64,000 bases of DNA from a virus. The stretch lies in IMG/VR virus record IMGVR_UViG_3300043827_000628, positions 1-64,000 of that record. The stretch is one strand, 5' to 3'. Below are positions 47,857-57,800 of this stretch, piece by piece. A model generated the notes under the pieces. It saw nothing but the letters and a program-made list of their open reading frames with translations. It was not told the origin of the DNA and did not search any database. Both the position numbers and the translations under genes were made by a program. The first letter of the stretch is position 1. The number at the start of each line of letters is the position of its first letter.

Positions 47857-50377
47857 TTTTATAAATTCATTTAAAAAGATTGAATTGCCTCTCTATGGGG
47901 TAAGACTTCCGGAATTTAAAGTTAAATCAGAGTACAAAAGGAATCTAGGTTTATCTGAAGATGCCTCTAATACCAACTTTTTAAAGAAATTGGCATATTC
48001 AAAATTGCCTATAGGTAAAGAATATAAAAAGCGTCTTGATTATGAGTTCGAGATTATCGAAGACTTAGGATTTATTGATTATATTATTTTGGTTTGGCTG
48101 GTCATCAATTACTGCAAAGAAAATAAAATTCCTACAGGTCTAGGAAGAGGAAGCGCAGCTGGAAGTCTTATTTTATTTTTAATAGGAGTAACTAAAATTG
48201 ATCCTATTAAACATGATCTTTACTTCGAAAGGTTTATATCTAAAATTAGAGCGAAAAAGCAAACTGTAGATGGAATAACATATTTGGACGGAAGTTTGAT
48301 GTGTGATGTTGATTTGGATATCTGTTATTATAATCGTCATAAAGTAATTGATTTCTTGAACGAAATATTTCCAAATAGAATTAGTAAAATACTGACATTT
48401 AACACGCTTAGTGGAAAATTATTAATCAAAGAGTGTGGAAAAATAGTAGAAGAAAAAAGTGAAACAGAGATGACTAGTGTTAGCTCCTTGATTCCAAAGA
48501 TATTCGGGCAGGTAAAAGACATTTCTGAAGCTTATCAAGATGTTGGAAAATTTAAAGAGTGGTGTGATGAAAATCTTGAGATTTATAGTATAGCTCTGAA
48601 ATTAAGAAACTTAATTAAGAATAAAGGCGTTCACCCTTCTGGAGTTCAGATTTCTCATAGTCCTTTGTCAGAAACTTGCCCATTAGAATTATCCTCAGAC
48701 AAAGAACAAGTAAGTGCTTTTGATATGAATGATATCAGTCAGTTTAATGTTAAGCTAGACCTTTTAGGCTTAAGAAGTGTTTCTGTAGTTTATGATGTAT
48801 GCAGTATGATAAATAAAAACATTGAAGATATAGATACAGAAGATAATTTTATATATCAACAATTACAATTTTTAAGAAATCCACATGGACTATTTCAAAT
48901 TGAAGCAGACACAAATTTTAAAGTTTGCAAAAAAGTTAAGCCAAGAAATTCAGAAGAGTTAAGCGCGGTACTAGCTTTAGCAAGACCTGGAGCTTTGCAA
49001 TTCGTAGATCAATATGCAAAATATGTAGAGACTGGAGAATTCCAATCTATCCATCCATTCTTTGATGATATTTTAAAACGAACAGGTGGAGTAGCTTTGT
49101 ATCAAGAGCAGCTAATGCAAATGGCGAGTAAGATAGGTTTTACTTTAGACGAAGCAGAAATATTGAGAAGAATTGTAGGAAAGAAAAAGACCGAAGAGAT
49201 CAAAACCTGGAAAGAAAAAATCGAAAAGAAATGCGTTAAAAATAATTTACCAAAAGAAGTAGGTGAAGTTCTATGGAAAATTCTAGAAGACTCTGCAAAC
49301 TATTCTTTTAATGCAAGTCATAGTCAAAGTTATGCAGCACTAGCTGCAATTACTATCTACTTAAAATTTAAGTATCCTAAAGAATTTTTCTTATCCCTAC
49401 TTAAAATGACTAGATTTGAACCCGATCCAATAACTGAAATATCTAAGATCCATAAAGAGATGGATTTGTTTGATATTAAATTATTACCTCCACACATCAT
49501 TAAATCTGAAATGGACTTTAGTGTTGAAGAAAATAATATAAGATTTGGACTTCTTTCAATAAAAGGTATTTCAGACAAATCAATTGAAAGACTAAATAAT
49601 TTTAGAAATAAGTATGCTACAAAATTTGACGTATTTAAATCTGCGCAGCAAGCAAAATTATCTATTAGAGTTTTATCTCCTCTCATACAAGCTGGAGCGT
49701 TAGAAAACTTTAAACAATCAAGAAGCAAAGTTGTATTAGAAGCTCAATTATGGAATATACTGACTCAAAATGAGCAAAAATATGCTATGATGTATGGAGA
49801 AAAGTTTGATTACGATTTATTCAAAATTATTAAATTTCTTAGCGCCACAAAAGACGAAAAAGGTAAATTCATAATTAAAGAAACCAGACTTGAAACAATT
49901 AGAAAATCTTATGATCCATATAAAAAGATATATGAGCAGAATAGCAAGAATGAAAGATTCGCTAATTGGTATTATGAAAATAAATTATTAGGTTATACAT
50001 ATAACACCACACTAAAAGATATTTTTTCAGATCAAAAGCCAGATCTTCTTAATATAAGAGAGATCAATGAAGCTCCTCAAAATCTACCAGTATTATTTAT
50101 AGGAGTTATTAAAGATCAATATTTAGGTACATCTAATAATAGTAAGAAAACAAGGTATTTAAGATTAAATGTTCAAGATGAGACATCAACAATCAATACT
50201 CTTATATTTAATGATAAGATTGAGGAATGTAAAGAGATGAACAGTTTTCTACCTAAAGAAAATAATATTGTTATTGTAAAAGGCAAAAAGAAAAGTGAAG
50301 ATGCTGTTTTTGCGGATCTTATAGCTGTTCAAGATCATAAAATATTTATGAAATTAGGCGAAATTAAAGAAAAATAA
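47840..50377 (+). CDS. dnaE: DNA polymerase III alpha catalytic core lacking the PHP domain
   Basis: GRGSAAGSL, LYFERF, DVDLD, KLDLLGL, YQEQLM, YSFNASH and a C-terminal OB fold. Confidence 0.95.
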   Translation: MMTNIDFINSFKKIELPLYGVRLPEFKVKSEYKRNLGLSEDASNTNFLKKLAYSKLPIGKEYKKRLDYEFEIIEDLGFIDYIILVWLVINYCKENKIPTGLGRGSAAGSLILFLIGVTKIDPIKHDLYFERFISKIRAKKQTVDGITYLDGSLMCDVDLDICYYNRHKVIDFLNEIFPNRISKILTFNTLSGKLLIKECGKIVEEKSETEMTSVSSLIPKIFGQVKDISEAYQDVGKFKEWCDENLEIYSIALKLRNLIKNKGVHPSGVQISHSPLSETCPLELSSDKEQVSAFDMNDISQFNVKLDLLGLRSVSVVYDVCSMINKNIEDIDTEDNFIYQQLQFLRNPHGLFQIEADTNFKVCKKVKPRNSEELSAVLALARPGALQFVDQYAKYVETGEFQSIHPFFDDILKRTGGVALYQEQLMQMASKIGFTLDEAEILRRIVGKKKTEEIKTWKEKIEKKCVKNNLPKEVGEVLWKILEDSANYSFNASHSQSYAALAAITIYLKFKYPKEFFLSLLKMTRFEPDPITEISKIHKEMDLFDIKLLPPHIIKSEMDFSVEENNIRFGLLSIKGISDKSIERLNNFRNKYATKFDVFKSAQQAKLSIRVLSPLIQAGALENFKQSRSKVVLEAQLWNILTQNEQKYAMMYGEKFDYDLFKIIKFLSATKDEKGKFIIKETRLETIRKSYDPYKKIYEQNSKNERFANWYYENKLLGYTYNTTLKDIFSDQKPDLLNIREINEAPQNLPVLFIGVIKDQYLGTSNNSKKTRYLRLNVQDETSTINTLIFNDKIEECKEMNSFLPKENNIVIVKGKKKSEDAVFADLIAVQDHKIFMKLGEIKEK

Positions 50378-50414
50378 CTTGATTTATAATTTAGTAATTG
50401 ATATCATATAATAT

Positions 50415-50996
50415 ATGATACAAATTTATAAACCTACTCCTCGTAATACTGGCACTGCTTGTAGCTTTTCCTTTAATAATTTAGATGGTAATTTTTATTT
50501 AAATTTAATTAAACAAGCTTCTTGGAATGACCAAAAAAAGATAGGTAGCTTTTCCGAGAACGCCCAAAATCCAGAAAAGAAGGTCGTTGTAAAACTGTCT
50601 AAGATCGAAGTATGTGGTATTCTAGATGCATTAGATAATAATAGAACTACAGATTTCTTTCACAATTCTGAAAACCAAAAATTAGGTATAAAATTTTCTC
50701 CATATATTCGCGATGATAAACAAGTGGGATATAGTTTAAACGTTATTAAAAATTCTAAAACACAGACTACTCAACCTGCGGTTAGCTTTCTCATTGGTTT
50801 TACATTTGCTGAAGCTAGAATGGTAACAGAATATATTAAGTTTGGGCTAAGTCATATATTTTCTACAGAACGCAGTGAAGAGATTAAAAAACTTAAAAAT
50901 GCAAAATCAAAAGCTATTGAGAACAAAAAGCAAAAGGATCAAGTAGAAGATATTGCAGAAGACGGTGATCTTTCTGAAGAAGAAGATCTCTGGTAA
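50415..50996 (+). CDS. putative Whirly-fold ssDNA-binding protein
   Basis: IYK, LSKIEVCGI, FFHN, GYSLNV and FTFAEARMV fall in the order of plant Whirly motifs as I recall them; acidic tail EEEDLW. Confidence 0.55.
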   Translation: MIQIYKPTPRNTGTACSFSFNNLDGNFYLNLIKQASWNDQKKIGSFSENAQNPEKKVVVKLSKIEVCGILDALDNNRTTDFFHNSENQKLGIKFSPYIRDDKQVGYSLNVIKNSKTQTTQPAVSFLIGFTFAEARMVTEYIKFGLSHIFSTERSEEIKKLKNAKSKAIENKKQKDQVEDIAEDGDLSEEEDLW

Positions 50997-51001
50997 GAAT
51001 A

Positions 51002-52921
51002 ATGCGCAAAAAAGTAGTTTTTCAATCTGATTTTGCTTTGGCAAAAACAGGTTTTGGAAGAAACTCTAAAGCAATATTAAAGTATTTATACAAAACTGGT
51101 AAATATGATCTTATTAATTATTGCTGCGGCATGCAAAAAGGTAATGATCAATTAGATAGAACTCCATGGAAAAGCTTAGGATCATTGCCTAATACTCAGC
51201 AAGAAATAGATAAATTAAACAAAGATCCGCACTTAGCTAGAATAGCAAGTTACGGAGCGTATCTTATTGATGAGATTATTAAAGAAGAAAAACCAGATGT
51301 TTATATTGCTGTGCAGGATATATGGGGAGTAGATTTCGCAATAGATAAACCTTGGTTTAACAAAATCAATTCTGTCATATGGACGACATTAGATTCTTTG
51401 CCCATCTTAGACTCAGCAGTAAAATATGCGCCAAAAATTAAAAATTATTGGATTTGGAGCGATTTTGCAACCCAAGCTTTACATAAGCTTGGACATAAAC
51501 ATGTAAAAACTGTGCATGGAGCATTAGATATAGAAAACTTTTACAGACTATCAAATGAAGATAGGTTAAAACTAAGATCAAAATTTGGCATTGATAAAGA
51601 TAAATTTATAGTAGGTTTTGTATTTAGAAATCAGTTAAGGAAAAGCGTTCCTAATTTATTAGAAGGATATGCTTTATGGAAAAAGAATAACAACATTAAA
51701 AATTCTGGATTATTATTGCATACTCATTTTGGAGAAGGTTGGAACATTATCAAACTTGCAAAAGAGTATGGTATTGATACTAAAGAGATATATACAACTT
51801 ATATTTGTAAAAGTTGCGGCTCTTACGAAGTTAAAAGTTTTGAAGGACAAGATTTAAATTGCAAATTCTGCGACACAGAAAAATCGCAGGTAACTACAAA
51901 TGTAGGTTTAGGTATATCAGAGAAAGAATTAAATGAAGTATACAATCTTATGGATGTATACTGTCATCCATTTACAAGTGGTGGTCAAGAAATACCAATT
52001 CAAGAAGCGAAATTGACAGAACTAATTACCCTTGTAACAAATTATTCCTGTGGCGAAGAGATGTGCAAAAATGAAGCAGCAAGCTTGTCTCTTAATTGGT
52101 TTAAATATAGAGAGCACGGGACAGAATTTATTAAAGCTTCAACTGATCCAAAATCAATAGCAGAAAATATACAGAAAGTATATTTCATGGATCTGGAAAG
52201 TAGATTAAAGCTTGGTAAACAAGCAAGACAATGGACAATAGAGAACTATTCTGTTGAAATTATAGGAAAAATTATTGAAGAATTTATCGACTCTTGTCCG
52301 TTTATTGATAAACAAATGTCTTTCAAGATAGAAGAAAAAAATCCTTATCACACCGTTCCCGAAATTAAAGATGATTCTGAATGGGTAAAATATCTTTATC
52401 ACAATATCTTAAATACAAAAAATGTAGATGAAAAAGATGAAGGACATAAATACTGGATGCAAGAGATAAAGAAGGGAATGAAACGAATAGATATTGAGAA
52501 TTATTTTCGTCAAATAGCTCTTCAAGATAACAATAAAAATAAGACGGTATCTTTTGACGATGTCTTAGATAAAGATGACGCTGGTAAAAGATTACTTTTT
52601 GTCATGCCAGAAAGCATTGGGGATGTATTCTTGTCAACAAGTTTATTCAAATCAATTAAAGAACAATATCCAGAATATAATTTATATGTTGCTACAAAAC
52701 CAGAATATTTTGAAGTATTAGAAGGAAACCCATATATACATAAAACCATACAATACATTTCTCAAATGGATAGTCTAGTTTGGTTAGAAGGAATTGGCTC
52801 ACATAAAGGATATTTTGAAATTGCTCTTTTACCTTATTCTCAGACTCAAAGATTCTTGACATATCTTCATAATGGTAAAACAAATATAGCTTATAAGGAT
52901 TATAAATATGCATCTAGTTGA
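51002..52921 (+). CDS. multi-domain glycosyltransferase (GT4-like + partial GT9-like)
   Basis: KTGFGR, RNQLRK, SGGQEIPIQEA, a CxxC/CxxC insert and C-terminal SIGDVFL...LEGNPYI. Confidence 0.85.
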   Translation: MRKKVVFQSDFALAKTGFGRNSKAILKYLYKTGKYDLINYCCGMQKGNDQLDRTPWKSLGSLPNTQQEIDKLNKDPHLARIASYGAYLIDEIIKEEKPDVYIAVQDIWGVDFAIDKPWFNKINSVIWTTLDSLPILDSAVKYAPKIKNYWIWSDFATQALHKLGHKHVKTVHGALDIENFYRLSNEDRLKLRSKFGIDKDKFIVGFVFRNQLRKSVPNLLEGYALWKKNNNIKNSGLLLHTHFGEGWNIIKLAKEYGIDTKEIYTTYICKSCGSYEVKSFEGQDLNCKFCDTEKSQVTTNVGLGISEKELNEVYNLMDVYCHPFTSGGQEIPIQEAKLTELITLVTNYSCGEEMCKNEAASLSLNWFKYREHGTEFIKASTDPKSIAENIQKVYFMDLESRLKLGKQARQWTIENYSVEIIGKIIEEFIDSCPFIDKQMSFKIEEKNPYHTVPEIKDDSEWVKYLYHNILNTKNVDEKDEGHKYWMQEIKKGMKRIDIENYFRQIALQDNNKNKTVSFDDVLDKDDAGKRLLFVMPESIGDVFLSTSLFKSIKEQYPEYNLYVATKPEYFEVLEGNPYIHKTIQYISQMDSLVWLEGIGSHKGYFEIALLPYSQTQRFLTYLHNGKTNIAYKDYKYASS

Positions 52922-54080
52922 AACATACGCCTTAAATTGTGGATTAAAAATTGATAAGCCTTTTATATATGAAAAGTATTGCCCAATACCATTCAATAAA
53001 TATATATCTTTTCAACCGTGCAGTAAATATGATTCTAAAAGCTATGATCTTTGGCAAGAAGTAATTAATCAAATTCATCCAAAATTAATAGAAAAAGATA
53101 TTCATATCATTCAAATTGGCGGAAAAGATGAAAAGCCAGTAGATAATTGTTACCACTTGCAAGGGAAAACAACGATTAATCAAGCTGCTTACATTATTAA
53201 AAGGGCAATAATGCACTTTGGAGCAGATAGCTTCGGAGTACATATCGCTAGTAGTTATGATAAACCTATTGTGGCTCTTTATTCTAATGGTAGGCCAGAA
53301 AATGCAGGGCCTTATTTTGGTAATAAAAATAATGTAAAATTAATAGAAATTGACAAGAAAGACCGTAGACCTAGTTATTCGGCCCAAGAAAGTCCCAAGA
53401 CTATTAATGAAATTGATCCAATTGAAGTGGCTAATTCAATATTGAAATTTTTAGATCTAGAAGATGTTAAATTAAAAACATTGTATATTGGGAATGAATA
53501 TCATAGAAAATTAATTGAAGCTGTTCCAGACTCTGTTATATCTGATATCTCTAAACTAGGAGTAAATTCCTTGATTATGAGATTAGATTACGAGTTTAAT
53601 GAAAATGCGCTAGTAGAACAACTGAAAAGAAATAATTGTTCAATCTATACTAATAAGCCAATTAAATATAGTATATTAAATCAATATAAAAATAATATAG
53701 CGCAAATCATTTATAATTTAGATGAAAATCATGATATTAACTTTGTTAAAGATCTGAAAAAATTAGCAAAACCATTTGTGGTTTTGACTTATCTTTCTGA
53801 TGATTTCGTTCAGTCTATTAAATATGATTATATGGAGTATAGTAAAATATTAAAATTAAATAAAACAATTAAAAATAATATACCTCAGTTAAAGGATCGA
53901 GACCTAACAAATGTATATTATAAATCTAATAAAATTACTATAAGTAAAGGAAAAGTATATAATTCTAAAGCTACTTATAAAACTGGTATAATATATGAGG
54001 GTAAACCTATAAAAGTAGTAGATAATCCGGACTTTTGGGAAGAAGCAAAATATTTTTACATATTTGAGTTGACAACTTAA
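52908..54080 (+). CDS. GT9-like glycosyltransferase
   Basis: IIQIGG, LQGKTTINQAAYII and GADSFGVHIASSYDKPIVALY. Confidence 0.82.
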   Translation: MHLVETYALNCGLKIDKPFIYEKYCPIPFNKYISFQPCSKYDSKSYDLWQEVINQIHPKLIEKDIHIIQIGGKDEKPVDNCYHLQGKTTINQAAYIIKRAIMHFGADSFGVHIASSYDKPIVALYSNGRPENAGPYFGNKNNVKLIEIDKKDRRPSYSAQESPKTINEIDPIEVANSILKFLDLEDVKLKTLYIGNEYHRKLIEAVPDSVISDISKLGVNSLIMRLDYEFNENALVEQLKRNNCSIYTNKPIKYSILNQYKNNIAQIIYNLDENHDINFVKDLKKLAKPFVVLTYLSDDFVQSIKYDYMEYSKILKLNKTIKNNIPQLKDRDLTNVYYKSNKITISKGKVYNSKATYKTGIIYEGKPIKVVDNPDFWEEAKYFYIFELTT

Positions 54081-54097
54081 TAAAATAGTGGTACCAT
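54069..54097 (+). promoter_or_regulatory. sigma70-type promoter (leaderless)
   Basis: TTGACA-N17-TACCAT with extended TG; ATG 6 nt downstream. Confidence 0.7.
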
Positions 54098-54103
54098 TCT
54101 TAA

Positions 54104-54895
54104 ATGGAAGAATCAATATCTATTAATAGTACAGAGTTAGCTAAAGCGACAATCCAGAATGTTGATGATCTTACTGTTGTTCAACCTAGAGTTAGTCCAC
54201 CAAAGTTCTTTGTAAGAAATTGTTATGGTCTTATTGAAAATGATAATATCAACTATGTATTCAATGATGATGGATCTATCAATTGGAGAGGAATGGTTAA
54301 GCAGCAATATCTTGTACCAAATCGTCAAAGAACACAAGAAACAGATGTTTCAAAATTGGAGGATAAAGATCTTCTTATCCTTTTGGGTGGGATTAAAGAG
54401 CTAGCTCAAATCAGAGGTTTTACAAGTGTTGAATATAAAGTCGTTACAGCAACAGACAATTATTTTGCAACATCTTGTAAGATTACATGGGCTCCTAACT
54501 ATGAGACAGAGAATCGTCCAGTAGTGTTCGAAGCCCTTGCGGATGCTTCTCTTGTGAACACAAAAGACTTTGCTCGTTACTTCTTGGCGGCAATCGCAGA
54601 GAATAGGGCATTTGTTAGATGTGTCCGTAATTTTTTAAAGATTAATATTGTTTCCCAAGAAGAGCTTGGAGATGTAAAACTTGGGCTTGTAGCAAAAGAA
54701 AACTTTGAAAAAGAAAACCCAATGAATCCAACACTTCTTCTAGAGAAGATTATGCAGGATAAAGGGATCACTTTTGATGTTCTAAAAAAGAGATTAGTAA
54801 AAGAAAAATTTGACAGTGCAGATAATTTTAATTCAATTAAAGATGTACCAAAAAGTAAAGTTTTTGAATTAATTGAAAGAATTAAAAAGGTTTAA
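54104..54895 (+). CDS. Rad52-superfamily single-strand annealing protein
   Basis: ALADA...IAENRAFVRCVRNFLKINIVSQEEL resembles the AExRAxxRAxR...SxEE signature. Confidence 0.6.
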   Translation: MEESISINSTELAKATIQNVDDLTVVQPRVSPPKFFVRNCYGLIENDNINYVFNDDGSINWRGMVKQQYLVPNRQRTQETDVSKLEDKDLLILLGGIKELAQIRGFTSVEYKVVTATDNYFATSCKITWAPNYETENRPVVFEALADASLVNTKDFARYFLAAIAENRAFVRCVRNFLKINIVSQEELGDVKLGLVAKENFEKENPMNPTLLLEKIMQDKGITFDVLKKRLVKEKFDSADNFNSIKDVPKSKVFELIERIKKV

Positions 54896-57800
54896 CTAAC
54901 AATTTTTAGCGTACCACTTTGGACGTAAATTGCTCCTCTTGGTAAACCTACCGAAGATGTAGGAATATTATTAACATCAAAATGGATTGGAGAAACTCCA
55001 GGATTTACCCCAGTTATATAAATACCACTAGCAAAATGCATAGTTAATGTATTTGTACCAAGATTTCTTTTTGTAGAAGTTGTGCTATCTCCAAGAACTA
55101 AACACCCACTCTGATTAATATTAATATTTCTACCAACTCCATAACTGTAAGAACCATTGATAATATTATCACTTCCACCAACTATTGCAGAATATGATCC
55201 AGATATGACATTAGATTTTCCTCCTAATATTGCTGAACTTAAACTTTCATTAGGAGTAGATCTATCAGTATTTTGAATATAATTTCTTTCTCCACCTACG
55301 ATAACTGCATTTTGAACACTACCAGTAATTATATTTAAATTACCAGCGAGAACACCGCAGAAAGCAGTCTTTGGGGCTTCAATTTCGCTAACGAAATCAG
55401 AGATAATATTTGAACGACCACCAGGAATAACATTATAATCTCCAAAAATTATATTTTTAACGCCTCCTCCAATAACAGAAACAAGTCCTTTAATATAATT
55501 ACCTGTTCCTCCACCAATTGTAGAACTTCCTACGTCATCAAATCCAAATCCTGCAAGTCTTCCGTATGAACTTTCGCCTAAAAAGTTTCTTGTTAATACT
55601 AAATCTCTTGTTAAGTCTGTTATAATATAATCATAATTTAAATCTAATAATTCTTGACCAGATATATTATCAGAAATTTTTATATTAAATCTGGAACGAT
55701 TAGCAGAAGTAAAGATATTATAATATAAATTATTATTCGAAGTTGCACGACCAAATACTTTGACTTCTGCAGATGCAGAATTTTCAGTACCAATTACAAT
55801 TTCATTCGATAATGTATAATTCTCATAGCCTAATATCTTGCTAACAGCAGAATATTCTTGATATCCTGTGCCCTCTACAGCAAGATAATTAACTCTTACT
55901 CGTTCTCCACTATTTAAATTTTTTGATAATTTTATAGAGAATCCTGTTTTTGTTATATCTTGAATATTAACAATATAATAATTTGTTTCATTTATATTTT
56001 GTAAATTAAATAATACCTCTGGTTTTTTATTCAATGTTAAATTAAATGGAATGTCAAATGTATTTTCTACTCCTGATATAATTGTTGAAGAAGCATAATG
56101 ATATCCAGAGTCAAATGGGTATCGACCAGATCTATAAATACCTATATTAAATCCAATATTTTCAAGGAGATTTGCGCCAAAATTAATATCAAAAGTGTTT
56201 GTACCATGATTTGACGTAGAATAAGGATAGAAATTTTCTCCTGTTATCATCTCATCAATAATTGGAATATATTCAACGCTACTATATCCAGAAAGTAGAT
56301 CTATAGTATAACTTGAATTTCCAAGAGATAATCCAGTACTATATACTTGTAGATTATCATTAATAATCGTACCAGTATAACTTACAGCATCCAAAAAGAT
56401 ATATTCATTCGAAGAATCAATATCATTATTTAATTTTATTTTTAAAATATTTTTTCCTGTTTCACGTATCTTGGCTATATAAAGATCATTTGAATCTGGT
56501 TTGAAAACATTTTGGAAAACATGTGAAGCTCTTGCTATAGGAATATCAAAATGAACTCCAGTACCGAATATCATATTATTAAAAGGTTTAATACTACCGA
56601 TTTCTAAAATTTTGCCGCTATTTTCGTTAACACCTGTAAAGTAGCCTTTGTTTCCTGCGAAGAAATGAACTATAACATTTTCATCTAGATTCTTAGAAAA
56701 TACTATATTAAATCCAGATCTATCAATACCTGTAATGTAATTTTTATAAAAATCTTGAGATTGTATGGTATTTAATACAATTAGATCGTCTGTATCAACA
56801 AAAGGTGTATTAAAATTAATTTTCACATCTTTATTTCCAGCATTAATTCCAGTTTTAAATACTTTAAATTGACAAACCTTATCATCTTCTTGGAAAGACC
56901 CAGAATAAAGATTTTCAGATAAAATGCTTACCCAAGACAATAGATTAATTGTTAAATCTTCTGTATCAAGAATATTAGCAAATTCAACATCATAGCTTGT
57001 AGATGTAATATTACCATATTTAATATCATAGAAATCTTCTTCACCAGTTTTTTCTATGTTATGTAATACAGCTAATTGATTGGTATAAAGAAATAATGGA
57101 TATTTAATATTTAGAATTTGTTGACCTGTTACTGGCACAGAAAAGATTTGATTTCCAATTCCAGCAAGACCAGTTGATAAAGCATCTACAACATTTGCTC
57201 TACCTCCACCAATATTACAAAACGATCCGATAATTTTATTATTCTTTCCGCCAACAATATTAGAGTCTTCAGAATTAAATACGTCAAGACCAGTAATTAA
57301 ATTGTCTTGTCCTGCTACGATTGAAGATCTTTTGGTTCCTGTAGCAAAATTACTTGTGCCGAATATAAATACGTTATCAGAACCAGTTTCAATAACGTTA
57401 TTTAGTCCGAGAGCTACAGAATGGTTAGATCTAACAACATTGTTCGCATTTGTAATATCTCTAGAAGTTGTAAGAATACCAGAAAGTGGTCCAACAATAT
57501 CTAAACCAAGACCATTAAATTTAATATAATTTTCTGAATTTCCAACTCTAAATTTTGGTTTATAAGGATTATCAGTATTGTCATAACCTAAAAAGAATCC
57601 ACTTCCAAGATTTGAATCTATATCATTTACGCTTTTTATAATACCACTAGGAATTCCAAGTCTTCCTACATTAACTAACGATGTGATATTAGACTGTTCT
57701 GCAAGTAAAATTTGAGTAGCTGTAGCGCTGAACTCATTTGAAAAAGCAATCCAATTTATATTTGAAGGACCAGGAATTGAATTAATATTTGTAATTGCTG

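Noticed and set aside
11396-50377. Inteins or group I introns in terL, nrdA, nrdB, dnaB, recA or dnaE
   Set aside because: Proteins are of ordinary length with contiguous motifs, and no splice-junction or homing-endonuclease signatures were seen.
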